In this document: positions 9,508 to 21,804 of the stretch, piece after piece
Position numbering within the stretch: position 1 is the stretch's first letter
Layout: every line of letters starts with the position of its first letter
DNA from: an uncultured Candidatus Saccharibacteria bacterium
GTDB taxonomy: Bacteria; Patescibacteriota; Minisyncoccia; Phycocordibacterales; XYD1-FULL-46-19
Assembly: GCA_964510655.1 (NCBI GenBank)
Contig: CAZEAY010000001.1
Location: forward strand, 278,330 to 342,329
Reading direction: 5' to 3'
Length of the DNA stretch: 64,000 nucleotides
Translations under genes and position numbers: made by a program
Notes under the pieces: model-generated
Database searches by the model: none
What the model was told of the DNA's origin: nothing
The model's input: only the letters and a program-made list of their open reading frames with translations

Positions 9508-10017
9508 ATGACTGAAATTATCCAAGAAGGAAACAAGGTTCTCCGTCAGACCGCCAAAGATTACCCGATTTCTGAAATCGGTAGTTCTCATTTGAAAAAA
9601 ATTATTGAAAACATGAACCGCGCTCTAGACGCCGAAGATGACGGAGTAGCAATTGCCGCCCCACAAATTGGGGAATCTTGGCGAATTTTTATTGTCTCAG
9701 GAAAAATTTTACCGAAAAAGTTGGGCAAACCCCAAACGAATCAAGTTTTCATTAATCCGGTTATAAAAAAATTATCAAAAAATAAGGTGGCGATGGAAGA
9801 GGGCTGTCTATCTGTGCGCTGGATTTACGGCAAAACAAAAAGAGCCGACAAAGCGATGGTGGAAGCTTACAATGAAAAGGGTCACAAATTCGCCAGACAA
9901 GGTTCCGGTCTTTTAGCTCAAGTTTTTCAACATGAGACAGATCATCTAAATGGCGTTCTGTTTATTGATAAAGCCAGTCATTTAGTAAGGATCGAGCCAG
10001 ATAAACAGACAAAATAA
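9508..10017 (+). CDS. def: Peptide deformylase
   Basis: EGCLSV and QHETDHLNG motifs present. Start placed at MTEIIQEG; the ORF track's 9469 start adds a non-conserved leader. Confidence 0.9.
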   Translation: MTEIIQEGNKVLRQTAKDYPISEIGSSHLKKIIENMNRALDAEDDGVAIAAPQIGESWRIFIVSGKILPKKLGKPQTNQVFINPVIKKLSKNKVAMEEGCLSVRWIYGKTKRADKAMVEAYNEKGHKFARQGSGLLAQVFQHETDHLNGVLFIDKASHLVRIEPDKQTK

Positions 10018-10886
10018 TGTTAGAAAACAGTAAATTTGTTTTCTTTGGCACCGATGAATTCTCTGTCAAAGTTTTGGACACTCTAAAAAAACAGGGTTTT
10101 TATCCGTCACTAATAGTAACCGTTCCTGATCAACCAAAAGGAAGAAAACTAATTCTCACTCCACCACCAGCCAAACTTTGGGCCGAAGAAAATAATATCC
10201 CTTTAGTCCAGCCTGCCTCATTAAAGAATTTTGACTTGAGTGCTCATTTGACCTTTAACCTTTCTAATTTGGAATTTTCTTTAGTGGCCTCTTATGGAAA
10301 AATAATTCCCCAAGCAATATTAGAACTCCCCACCAAAGGCACCTTAAACATTCATCCATCTCTTTTACCGAATTATCGTGGAGCAACACCACTAGAAAGC
10401 GCTATTTTAGCTGGTGACAAAAAAACTGGGGTAACCATAATTATCTTGGACGCTCAAATGGATCACGGTCCGATATTAGCCCAAAAAGAAATTTCCCTAG
10501 AAAATTGGTCTCCTTTCTATGAAGAACTTCGAGATAAATTAGCTCTAGAAGGAGCTAATTTATTACTAGATTATTTACCATCTTGGCTAACTGGCAAAAT
10601 AAAACCAGGAGAACAAGATCACAACAAAGCAACTTTTACCAAAAAAATATCCAAAGAAGATGGATTGATCAATTTTGACGATCAGGCAGATCTTAATTTT
10701 CGTAAAATTAGAGCCCTAACACCTTGGCCAGGAACCTATTTCTTTATTAAAAGAAATGGGCAGGATTTCCGAGTAGTAATAAAACAAGCCCACCTAGAAA
10801 ATGGCGAACTAGTAATCGATCGGGTTATTCCCGAAGGGAAAAAGGAAATGGAATGGGAAAGTTTTAAAAAGGGATACCTAAAATAA
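10017..10886 (+). CDS. fmt: Methionyl-tRNA formyltransferase
   Basis: FFGTDEFSV N-terminus. NIHPSLLPNYRGATP formyltransferase motif. ATG overlaps the def stop (TAATG). Confidence 0.9.
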   Translation: MLENSKFVFFGTDEFSVKVLDTLKKQGFYPSLIVTVPDQPKGRKLILTPPPAKLWAEENNIPLVQPASLKNFDLSAHLTFNLSNLEFSLVASYGKIIPQAILELPTKGTLNIHPSLLPNYRGATPLESAILAGDKKTGVTIIILDAQMDHGPILAQKEISLENWSPFYEELRDKLALEGANLLLDYLPSWLTGKIKPGEQDHNKATFTKKISKEDGLINFDDQADLNFRKIRALTPWPGTYFFIKRNGQDFRVVIKQAHLENGELVIDRVIPEGKKEMEWESFKKGYLK

Positions 10887-10924
10887 TTATAAATTTCAAA
10901 TTAAAAGTTATAAATTAACCAATA

Positions 10925-10960
10925 AAAAACATCTCGCCAACGGCGAGATGTTTTTTATTG
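10925..10960. terminator. Bidirectional rho-independent terminator between fmt and PPIase
   Basis: Hairpin ACATCTCGCC-AAC-GGCGAGATGT with an A-run before and a T-run after. Confidence 0.55.
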
Positions 10961-11006
10961 GTTCCCCTTTTCTATATTCTTTATTCTTAATTCTACCTTC
11001 TTTCCT

Positions 11007-11678
11007 CTACTTAACTTCAACAGAATTTATAACCATATCTGAGAGTGGATGGTCCCGTTCATTAACTGGGGTGCCTTCAATTTTATCCACTACTTCCATT
11101 CCTCCCGCTACCCGACCAAAAGCCGTATAGTAACCCTGTAGCTGCATTGGCTCTTTGGCTGTCATAATAAAAAATTGCGAACCATTGGTGTTGGGCCCAG
11201 AATTAGCCATTGCAATCACTCCTCTTTCTAATCTAAGGTCATTTTGCTCATCGTCAAATTTATAACCCGGTCCACCCGTCCCATGAAGACTCCAGTCTTT
11301 ATTCTTGGACAATGGATCCCCTCCTTGAATCATAAAACCTTTAATTACCCGATGAAACAAAATACCATTATAAAAATCAGACTTGGCTAATTTAACAAAA
11401 TTAGCGACGGTGTTAGGAGCCTTATCAGGGTACAATTCTAAAATAATATCTCCCTGATTTGTCTTCATCGTAATCAAAACTTTTTCGGTAGTAGTACTCA
11501 TGACTTGATTATTATTAACAGCTTTATCGGTTGGTGTAAATAATGAATTAGACACTCCAAAAGAATCAGAGACTATTTTGTTCTCTTTGGGATAAAAATA
11601 AATACCAGCCATAATGGCTACCACAATTATCAAAAACAAGATAACCACTGGCCAAATACTATTATTTTGCTCATTCAT
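11007..11678 (-). CDS. ppiB: Cyclophilin-type peptidyl-prolyl cis-trans isomerase with N-terminal membrane anchor
   Basis: FHRVIKGFMIQGGDP cyclophilin signature. N-terminal TM helix. Confidence 0.85.
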   Translation of the reverse strand: MNEQNNSIWPVVILFLIIVVAIMAGIYFYPKENKIVSDSFGVSNSLFTPTDKAVNNNQVMSTTTEKVLITMKTNQGDIILELYPDKAPNTVANFVKLAKSDFYNGILFHRVIKGFMIQGGDPLSKNKDWSLHGTGGPGYKFDDEQNDLRLERGVIAMANSGPNTNGSQFFIMTAKEPMQLQGYYTAFGRVAGGMEVVDKIEGTPVNERDHPLSDMVINSVEVK

Positions 11679-11751
11679 AAAATTAACACAAACTTAAATT
11701 AGTAATTTATGAATTATATAATACTCCTCCCAAACTACAAAATGGACAATA

Positions 11752-12120
11752 TTAACTCCGGCGAAAACCGCGCAAGATACCCTTTAACAAACGACCACCT
11801 CTTTTCAATAGAGTATTTTTCTTTTTGTTCATAGTCTTTATAGCCTCCGCCAAATTATCTTTAGCCACATCGATAGCTGAATATAAGTCACTCTCTTCGG
11901 CCTCTACTCGCAAAGACTGTCCTGGTAAATTTAAATTTATCTCAGCCCGGAAAAAATCACCCAATTTATGGTGTTGAGTTGTTTTTCCAATCTCAACAGT
12001 AAAAACAACAGAATCCCTGTCGTGAGACAAAAACCTTTCCAGACTACCTACTTTTTCAAAGACATAATCATGAAGAGCCCCAGTCAATTCCATTCCCGTC
12101 GCTTTAATATTGATGTTCAT
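11752..12120 (-). CDS. hpf: Ribosome hibernation promoting factor (short HPF/RaiA form)
   Basis: 122 aa. MNINIKATGMELTGALHDYVFEKV is the typical HPF/YfiA start. Confidence 0.8.
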   Translation of the reverse strand: MNINIKATGMELTGALHDYVFEKVGSLERFLSHDRDSVVFTVEIGKTTQHHKLGDFFRAEINLNLPGQSLRVEAEESDLYSAIDVAKDNLAEAIKTMNKKKNTLLKRGGRLLKGILRGFRRS

Positions 12121-12242
12121 AATATTATTTATGAATTAGCTATTAAAAATATCTGACCAATCTATTGATTTAATAACAATACTCTCAACCAATATCATTA
12201 CTCTAATAATACACCATCTAGAGATGATTAAGTACAGAAAAC

Positions 12243-12464
12243 TTAATCACTGACGTTGATAATCTTGCTCTGCCCACGATGTCCAGTAACAATTCTCAGT
12301 GAATTTTCTGGGACACGCAAAAAGGCCGAAAGGACAGCCAAAATACGACGATTGGCAGCGTTCCTTTCCGCCTTTTCTTTTACCTCAATCTTAAAGTGAT
12401 CTTTTTTTATCTGGGTTATTTTTTCTTTTTTGGACCCCGGTAAAGCAGTCACTTTTACATACAT
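12243..12464 (-). CDS. DUF167/YggU family protein
   Basis: 73 aa. Pattern PGSKK...AERNAANRRILAVLSAFLRV...IVTGHRGQSKII matches the YggU fold consensus. Confidence 0.6.
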   Translation of the reverse strand: MYVKVTALPGSKKEKITQIKKDHFKIEVKEKAERNAANRRILAVLSAFLRVPENSLRIVTGHRGQSKIINVSD

Positions 12465-12502
12465 AACTATATTATACTACTCTTCAAACGATCATCCAAA
12501 AA

Positions 12503-13918
12503 CTAAACCTTTTCGGCCATAATCATATTCGTAGTACCAGACTCACCAAAAGGAATACCAGCAATAATTACCACCAAATCGCCCTTTTTAGCTAAACCAT
12601 GGTTTAACATTATATCCTTGGCTTTTACCGCCACCCGGGAGAGTGAAGTAAACTCACTACAAAGAATTGGGTAACAGCCGTAACTAAGAGCAAGCTGATT
12701 ATATGTTTTTTCTTCTGGGGTTAAGACAACGACAGGTTTATGAGGTCGATAGCGAGAAACCATTCGAGCAGTAAAACCACTCTTAGACAAAGCAACGATC
12801 GCCGACGCCCCTATTTCATGAGAGCGAGCCACTGCGGCCGAACTAAAAGAATCAGTGATCGTCTTTGGGGTCAAATAAGAATTCTGCAACACAGCTCGAT
12901 GATTTAGCTCCCGTTCAACCCTCACCGCAACTCGGGCCATAACCTCAATCGCCTCAATTGGAAATTTACCTAAAGTGGTTTCTTCTGACAACATAACAGC
13001 GTCGGTCCCATCATAAATAGCATTAGCAACATCATTAACCTCCGCTCGAGTAGGAACTGGTGAATTAATCATCGATTCCAACATTTGAGTGGCCGTAATA
13101 ACTGGCTTGCCCAATTTATTGCATTTTTCAATAATCCTCTTTTGGGCCACCGGAACCTCCTCAGCGGGAACTTCAATGGCTAAATCTCCACGCGCCACCA
13201 TAACCCCATCGGCGGCTGAGATAATTTCATCTAAATTTTCCAAAGCCTCCTCTGTTTCAATTTTAGCAATGATACTAATTTTTGACTTGTGCTTATCTAA
13301 GATTTTTCGCAAATCTAAAATATCAGAAGCACGACGAACAAAAGAGATCGCCATAAAGTCAACATTGTTTTTAACCCCAAACAGAATATCAGACTTATCT
13401 TTATCAGTTAGTGAACTAATTGATAAATAAGCTCCGGGGACATTTACCCCCCGTCGCCCCTTAGTTTCTCCCCCAACTAAAATTTCACAATTAATGTCAT
13501 TACCCTTAATTGATTTTACAACAAGCTTTTTCTTTCCATCATCGAGGAAAATAATGCCGCCAGGTTTTACTTCTTGCGGTAACTTTTCATAATTTACATA
13601 AGCTTTGTGTTCATCGCCAACCACCTTATCGGTAGTTAAAACAAATTTTTCTCCGACCTTCAAAGTTACTCTTTCTTGATAAAATTCACCAATTCTAATT
13701 TTGGGACCAGATAAATCTTGCAAGATAGCAACTGGTACTTTTAATTTTTTAGAAATTTTTCTTGTTCGATCAACTCGAGCTTGATGTTCGGCAAAATCAC
13801 CGTGAGAAAAATTTAAACGGGTCACATTTACCCCCGCCTGAAATAATTTAGTTAAAACAGCCTCACTTTCTGTCGCGGGGCCAATCGTAGCAACAATTTT
13901 AGTCTTTTTCTTATACAT
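12503..13918 (-). CDS. pyk: Pyruvate kinase
   Basis: 471 aa. TKIVATIGPATES N-terminus. MVARGDLAIE motif. Good SD (AAGAGGA) upstream. Confidence 0.9.
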   Translation of the reverse strand: MYKKKTKIVATIGPATESEAVLTKLFQAGVNVTRLNFSHGDFAEHQARVDRTRKISKKLKVPVAILQDLSGPKIRIGEFYQERVTLKVGEKFVLTTDKVVGDEHKAYVNYEKLPQEVKPGGIIFLDDGKKKLVVKSIKGNDINCEILVGGETKGRRGVNVPGAYLSISSLTDKDKSDILFGVKNNVDFMAISFVRRASDILDLRKILDKHKSKISIIAKIETEEALENLDEIISAADGVMVARGDLAIEVPAEEVPVAQKRIIEKCNKLGKPVITATQMLESMINSPVPTRAEVNDVANAIYDGTDAVMLSEETTLGKFPIEAIEVMARVAVRVERELNHRAVLQNSYLTPKTITDSFSSAAVARSHEIGASAIVALSKSGFTARMVSRYRPHKPVVVLTPEEKTYNQLALSYGCYPILCSEFTSLSRVAVKAKDIMLNHGLAKKGDLVVIIAGIPFGESGTTNMIMAEKV

Positions 13919-14072
13919 AAATAATCCTCTTTAGTTAAAACTTAATAATAATCCAAAAAATTAAATAGCCCTCGTCATCACGAAGGTTGTCTATTTGAAA
14001 CTAGACGCCAATACTCACTACTTTAACACAACTTACAATTTTAGACAAATAAGCCCAAATAATATAGCTATT

Positions 14073-14666
14073 CTAGGGGTTTTTCCTCAAAATAACCCTC
14101 AATAATAAGACGATAATAACTAAAGAGATAGCGTAAAGTAAGAAGCCGTGAAAACGCTCAATAAATGCCAAAACTTGATGGAGTCTGTTTCGGAAAAAGA
14201 ACCCAATATACATAAAAAACCCAGTATAAATACCCGTAATCAGGAGTTCATAAAGTAAAAATTTTCTCCATTTGATTTTTAGAGAGCCGGCAATCACCGG
14301 TCCCAAAAAACGAAAACCAATAAAAAGACGAAGTAAAATCAGAGTCTTGCCAATATTTTGCTCCATTAACTTTTCATATCTAAGAAAAACATCTTCTTTT
14401 ATTTTTTTCTTAAATTTAAGAAAATGATGGCTCTCTTTAACACTTAACCAGTAAAAAATATTATCACCAATCAAAATACCCAAAACGGCAGAAAAATACA
14501 CTAGCCAAAAGTTGAATTTACCTAAACCCGACAAATAACCGAAGACGATAAAAACCCCCTCATCTGGAATAGGAAAAAAATAACCAAAAGAACCAAAATA
14601 TCCAATAATACCGAGATAGGAGAAATGACTAAGATATTTGATTAAACCGGCGGTAGTATAAAGCAT
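14073..14666 (-). CDS. DedA/VTT-family membrane protein
   Basis: 197 aa, polytopic. FFPIPDEGVFIVFGYLSG and G-rich VTT-like segments. Confidence 0.5.
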   Translation of the reverse strand: MLYTTAGLIKYLSHFSYLGIIGYFGSFGYFFPIPDEGVFIVFGYLSGLGKFNFWLVYFSAVLGILIGDNIFYWLSVKESHHFLKFKKKIKEDVFLRYEKLMEQNIGKTLILLRLFIGFRFLGPVIAGSLKIKWRKFLLYELLITGIYTGFFMYIGFFFRNRLHQVLAFIERFHGFLLYAISLVIIVLLLRVILRKNP

Positions 14667-14722
14667 GATTATTTATATTTTAAAACTTTTTAGTCCATCG
14701 CAACTGGCGAGGCGAGCAACTT

Positions 14723-15967
14723 CTATTCATATCGCAACGAATCAATAGGATTCTTAATTGCCGCCTTTCGGGCTGGATAGATACCAAAAATGACACCAGT
14801 TAGAGTAGAGACCGATACCGCCAGTAAAATAGCCGACCAAGGTAAAGCAAAAGACCAAGCGATCGTGGTAAATTTTATCATAATTAGATAAGTCAAACCA
14901 GTCAAAGTAGCTCCAATAATTATTCCAATGACTCCCCCAAAAAAAGTTAGAATAACAGACTCAATCAAAAACTGCTCCATGATATCACGATTCGAGGCGC
15001 CAATTGCTTTACGTAGACCGATTTCTTTTGTCCGCTCGATAACCGAGACGAGCATAATATTCATAATCCCTATTCCCCCCACCACTAATGAAATCGAAGC
15101 AATAGCCGTCAGAAAAATAGTTAAAATAGTAGTAATATTACCCAACAAGGACAGAGCATCTTGTTGGGTTCTAATCGTAAAATCATCTTTAGCGGGATCG
15201 ATAATTTTATGATTTTGCCGTAAAATAGTTTCAATCCGATTTTTCGCAAAATCGACATCGTAATTATCTTTAGTTTGGATCACAATCATATTGTAATAAT
15301 TAATCCCTAACATGATCTTTTGGGCTACTGTTACGGGCACATAAATAGAGTCATCTTGATCAACACCCATTGGCCCAACCCCCTCTTTACCCAAAACCCC
15401 AACAACTCGAAAATTTATATCCTTTAACTTAAACAATTTACCAACTGGATTTCGATCACCAAAGAGATCCTCTGCAATCTTTGAACCAATTACGGCTACC
15501 CGATTTGATGAGTCGACATCGGCCTTAGTAAAAGCATAACCATTAACCGGTACTAGATTACGAATAACAAAAAAATTATCAGCTACCCCTTCGTAAGTAA
15601 CATTTTTATCATTAATATCCGTTCCCGCCTTAGCCACCCCACGAACCTCTGGAGTCACCATCTCCACTGAGGCCTCTTGTTTAATAGAATAAATATCAGA
15701 AGCCGTCAGGGTTTTTATCACCACTCCCAAAGTACTAGCTGGAGCAGCTGTCCGCGAACCACCTGAACCGCCAGGAATCACAAAGATTAGATTGGAACCA
15801 ACCCCTTTGACTTGGTTTAAAATAAAATCTTGAGCCGACTGACCAATAGACATCAAAAGAATAACAGAAGCAATTCCAATAATTATTCCCAGCATCGTCA
15901 ACGCTGATCTCATTTTTGAGTGTCTTAACCCGGCGACAGCTGTTTTAATTGAGTCTTTTAGTCTCAT
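14723..15967 (-). CDS. ABC transporter permease, MacB/FtsX family
   Basis: 414 aa. N-terminal TM, large extracytoplasmic domain, three C-terminal TMs. FtsX-type topology. Adjacent to the ATPase gene. Confidence 0.8.
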   Translation of the reverse strand: MRLKDSIKTAVAGLRHSKMRSALTMLGIIIGIASVILLMSIGQSAQDFILNQVKGVGSNLIFVIPGGSGGSRTAAPASTLGVVIKTLTASDIYSIKQEASVEMVTPEVRGVAKAGTDINDKNVTYEGVADNFFVIRNLVPVNGYAFTKADVDSSNRVAVIGSKIAEDLFGDRNPVGKLFKLKDINFRVVGVLGKEGVGPMGVDQDDSIYVPVTVAQKIMLGINYYNMIVIQTKDNYDVDFAKNRIETILRQNHKIIDPAKDDFTIRTQQDALSLLGNITTILTIFLTAIASISLVVGGIGIMNIMLVSVIERTKEIGLRKAIGASNRDIMEQFLIESVILTFFGGVIGIIIGATLTGLTYLIMIKFTTIAWSFALPWSAILLAVSVSTLTGVIFGIYPARKAAIKNPIDSLRYE

Positions 15968-15972
15968 GGTTA

Positions 15973-16683
15973 TTATTTAAAAAATTGTTCCTTACTATTG
16001 CGTCTAGCAGTAACAACTTCGTCACTTTCAATTTGTCCATCACGCAGTTTTATTAGTCGATTAGCAAATTGAGCAGTATAAGTTTCGTGGGTGACCAAAA
16101 TTACCGTTCGACCAGACTCATTTAATTTTTTGAATATCTCCATCACTTGGGCCCCAGAAGCAGAGTCAAGATTGCCGGTTGGCTCATCAGCAAAAATAAT
16201 ATCGGGATTATTTACCAAGGCCCGAGCAATCGCCACTCGCTGTTTTTGACCTCCAGACAATTTGCCCGCTTCCATGTTTATTTTTTCCTTCAAACCCACC
16301 GCCATCACCGCTTCCTCCACCATCGCCCGCCGATTAACCGGTAAGACTTTAGAGTAGATAAGTGGCAACTCAACATTTTCATAAACAGACGAAGAAGGCA
16401 ATAAATTAAAAGCCTGAAAAACAAAACCCATATTCTCATTACGGATACGGGCCAAATCCCTGTCAGACAAATCATCCATCCGATGTCCTAAAAAAGAAAA
16501 ACTGCCTCCTGTTGGACGATCCAAGAAGCTTAAGATATGCATTAGAGTAGATTTACCAGAGCCCGACGGACCCATAATTGCAACAAATTCCCCCTTTTTT
16601 ATCGAAAAGGAAACTCCCGTCAAAGCCGGGGTAAGAGTACCATCATCACCATAAACCTTCTTTAGGTCTTTGACTTCTATCAT
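15973..16683 (-). CDS. ABC transporter ATP-binding protein (MacB/LolD-like)
   Basis: Walker A GPSGSGKST. Signature LSGGQKQR. Walker B IIFADEPTGNLD. Confidence 0.9.
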   Translation of the reverse strand: MIEVKDLKKVYGDDGTLTPALTGVSFSIKKGEFVAIMGPSGSGKSTLMHILSFLDRPTGGSFSFLGHRMDDLSDRDLARIRNENMGFVFQAFNLLPSSSVYENVELPLIYSKVLPVNRRAMVEEAVMAVGLKEKINMEAGKLSGGQKQRVAIARALVNNPDIIFADEPTGNLDSASGAQVMEIFKKLNESGRTVILVTHETYTAQFANRLIKLRDGQIESDEVVTARRNSKEQFFK

Positions 16684-16702
16684 TTTTTAATTCAACACCA
16701 GA

Positions 16703-18229
16703 CTATTTTTTAAGGCCAACGTTTAGAACCTCATCTCCTTCCGCTACTCCCGATAAAATTTCTACTCGGCCATCTTGGCTACGAATTCCGATTTTTACTG
16801 CCACTTGTTCAGTTTTGTTATTGCCAATATTTTTTTCCACAAATGAGCCTTTATCATTTTCAATAATAGAATATTGGGGCAAAATTAACACATTATCTTT
16901 TCTAACCGTTTCAATAGTCAAATTAGCTGTTAACCCACTCTTCAAACGGGTGTCATTTTTACCAAAACCAACTTTAATTTTATAATTCACCACCCCATCA
17001 ACCACTGTTTCGGCTGGCTCAATATAGGTTACACTACCATCCCAGACTTCACCCGCATAAGCATCAAGAGTAATAGTAACTTTATTTCCTAAAGCTAATT
17101 TACCAACATCCACTTCTGGCACATTAGCCGTAATCTCAAATGAACCATCAGACATCACCGTAACCACATTCACTCCTGGCGTAGCGGTTTCCCCAACTTT
17201 CGCGTCCTGGCGAGTCACCAAACCGCTAATTGGCGCAATAATCATGTTTTTAGAAATTTGAGCCTTAATTTGAGAAACTTGAGCTTGGGCTTGCTCAACT
17301 TCAGATTCTCCGATCGACAATTCTTCAGGAGTAGAGACTGTCAAATCTAATTTATTTTGAGCCACCAAAACCGCCTGTCTCGCGGCCTGCAAATTGGAAA
17401 CAGCCAAATTTATTTGCGCCCGAGCCGAAGAAACATTTGACCGATAACCACTTAAAACACTGGCTGTAATATCAGAATCCGGAGTCTGGGCATTAATCGC
17501 TTGAGAAATTTTATCTAGATAAACACGAGTTTTTACTAAATTGGCCAAATCTAAATTATATTCCTTTTCCAAATCAGAGGTGGCAGACAAAACGCTAATT
17601 CTTGCATTCCAAGCCACCAGCCGTTCTTCTAAATCACGACGAGAAAAAGATAGGTCAATGAGTTCATCGCTAGTCACACCATCTAAATTATAATAAGCAT
17701 TGGTCGTTCGAGGATTATCGAAAAAGATATCAGTTAAATTACGAACGGCATCATCATTTTTAGTGTAAGCATCGGTCAAAGATTGAACGAGGGCAGTCCG
17801 TGCATTTCGTAAATCATTCTCTGCTCCTAACAGCTCAGAGCTGGGGGTATTTTGATTACCAGATAAAGTACTTTTTCTTAATTCCGACAGCTTAGCTTCT
17901 TTCGCCTTAACATTAGCCAAAGCTTGTTCTAATTGAGCATACAAGTCACCAGAATCCAAAGAGGCTAACGTCTGTCCAATCGTAACCCGATCTCCGACCT
18001 TGACTGGAGCTGATGAGACTCGCCCAGCTCGGTCAAAAGACATTTCAATATTTTCCGAAGATTCTGTTTTGCCGGTAATAACAACCTCTTGAGTAATAGT
18101 ACCCTTAACGACCTTCACCGTATCACTAGCCTGATCAGGACGGGTAAACCAAAAAATGCTCCCACCCAAGATGATTATAACGGTAGACCAAACAATAATT
18201 AATTTAGTAGTAAGATATTTTTTTAACAT
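16703..18229 (-). CDS. HlyD/MacA-family periplasmic adaptor subunit
   Basis: 508 aa. N-terminal TM, long coiled-coil region, beta-barrel C-terminus. Immediately upstream of the ABC pair. Confidence 0.75.
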   Translation of the reverse strand: MLKKYLTTKLIIVWSTVIIILGGSIFWFTRPDQASDTVKVVKGTITQEVVITGKTESSENIEMSFDRAGRVSSAPVKVGDRVTIGQTLASLDSGDLYAQLEQALANVKAKEAKLSELRKSTLSGNQNTPSSELLGAENDLRNARTALVQSLTDAYTKNDDAVRNLTDIFFDNPRTTNAYYNLDGVTSDELIDLSFSRRDLEERLVAWNARISVLSATSDLEKEYNLDLANLVKTRVYLDKISQAINAQTPDSDITASVLSGYRSNVSSARAQINLAVSNLQAARQAVLVAQNKLDLTVSTPEELSIGESEVEQAQAQVSQIKAQISKNMIIAPISGLVTRQDAKVGETATPGVNVVTVMSDGSFEITANVPEVDVGKLALGNKVTITLDAYAGEVWDGSVTYIEPAETVVDGVVNYKIKVGFGKNDTRLKSGLTANLTIETVRKDNVLILPQYSIIENDKGSFVEKNIGNNKTEQVAVKIGIRSQDGRVEILSGVAEGDEVLNVGLKK

Positions 18230-18254
18230 GAGCTAATTATGCCAATAATCAAAA

Positions 18255-18290
18255 TAAAAAGCAAAAATTGTTTATTTTTGCTTTTTATAA
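18255..18290 (-). terminator. Rho-independent terminator after SIMPL-domain gene
   Basis: Perfect 10-bp palindrome AAGCAAAAAT...ATTTTTGCTT with a U-tract on the minus strand. Confidence 0.45.
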
Positions 18291-18309
18291 ATTAAATTAT
18301 AGATCAGAG

Positions 18310-19161
18310 TTACTCTATCTCAAATCTCACTGTCACAACTGAAGAAACTTCATTAGATCCAGCATTCAGACTACTAACGGAAACCGGGGCTGTCGCCATC
18401 ATCGCCCCACCAAATTCCATTCGGCTGTCATAGGCCTTAGGAGCAAAATTATTATTTTCATCAATTGAGATTATCCTCCCCACCTTAAACCCACCGGCTT
18501 TCGCAATGACCTCCGCCTGAGCTAAAGCTTTTTTAATCGCTAAAGATTTGGCTTCTGTTGTCAAAGAAGTAGCGTCATCGACAGTAAAGTTTAATTGTGA
18601 GACATTGTTTGCTCCGGCGGCAACCACTCCCGACAAAATCTTATCAACTTTAGCTAAGTCACGAATCTTAACCGAATCGGTCTGTGATAAGGTGTAACCA
18701 ATAATTTCTGATGGACGACAAGGAACACTATTACCAACCGAGCTAGCCGGACAAGAAAAATATTGATAGCGAGGTTCTAGATTATAAGCGATCGTTTCTA
18801 CATCCTTAGCCTCTACTCCCTGAGTCTTTAGAACTCCTTGGATTTTTGCAGTTAAATCATCGCTCTGCTTCTTAATTTGAGCAATATCTTTCCCCCCTTG
18901 AATCAACACACTATAAGAAAATTGCGCAATATCATTTTTCGCAGTTGCTTTACCCTCACCAGTCACCGCAAAAGTCCGGTAAGATCCTGGTTGGATCATC
19001 TTAGAATAAGCACTGGTATAAACAAAAGCTGAGTAAGCAAAAATAACAATAACTACAATAGATACGTACCCAAGATAATTTTTTATTTTCTGATCCATAA
19101 ATTTAAATCTAAAATAACTAATAAAGATATCTCTCGCCATTTTCTTTAAGATTACTCCCAA
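18310..19161 (-). CDS. SIMPL/DUF541 (BP26-like) secreted protein
   Basis: 283 aa. N-terminal TM/signal. The C-terminal VTVRFEIE ending is typical of the SIMPL domain. Confidence 0.6.
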   Translation of the reverse strand: MGVILKKMARDIFISYFRFKFMDQKIKNYLGYVSIVVIVIFAYSAFVYTSAYSKMIQPGSYRTFAVTGEGKATAKNDIAQFSYSVLIQGGKDIAQIKKQSDDLTAKIQGVLKTQGVEAKDVETIAYNLEPRYQYFSCPASSVGNSVPCRPSEIIGYTLSQTDSVKIRDLAKVDKILSGVVAAGANNVSQLNFTVDDATSLTTEAKSLAIKKALAQAEVIAKAGGFKVGRIISIDENNNFAPKAYDSRMEFGGAMMATAPVSVSSLNAGSNEVSSVVTVRFEIE

Positions 19162-19190
19162 AGAATGGCATTTTTATGATAATAATCCTA

Positions 19191-19433
19191 TCATAAGGTA
19201 GCTAAAATATTAACTACATTTTTAGCTCCCACCTCAACAAAGCCGCCACTAAGCTTTATTTCTTGTATTTTATTAGCTTTGTTGACGATCTTAATTATAC
19301 CACTTTTTAGGACCGAAATTAAAGGTCGATGATTATCCATAATGGTAATCTCACCGGACACAGTCTTAAGGTTTAATGATAAAATTTGATCTTCAAATTT
19401 TATCCCTTTTAGGGTGTATATTTTTAGCAACAT
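19191..19433 (-). CDS. atpC: F1 ATP synthase epsilon subunit, N-terminal beta-sandwich only
   Basis: 80 aa. Start MLLKIYTLKGIKFEDQ. Last gene in the atp operon. The C-terminal helical domain is absent. Confidence 0.75.
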   Translation of the reverse strand: MLLKIYTLKGIKFEDQILSLNLKTVSGEITIMDNHRPLISVLKSGIIKIVNKANKIQEIKLSGGFVEVGAKNVVNILATL

Positions 19434-19439
19434 AAAATT

Positions 19440-21793
<2,354 letters not shown>

Positions 21794-21804
21794 AGTTTAT
21801 GATT

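Noticed and set aside
14928-15212. Antisense ORFs inside well-supported genes. Examples are 14928-15212, 16147-16344, 19544-19849, 22320-22544, 22702-22950, 24017-24226, 24715-24909, 25167-25580, 27142-27602, 28147-28941, 36080-36271, 59013-59198, 60630-60860, 61610-62363 and 63007-63234.
   Set aside because: All overlap conserved housekeeping genes on the opposite strand or in another frame. None has a recognisable motif.
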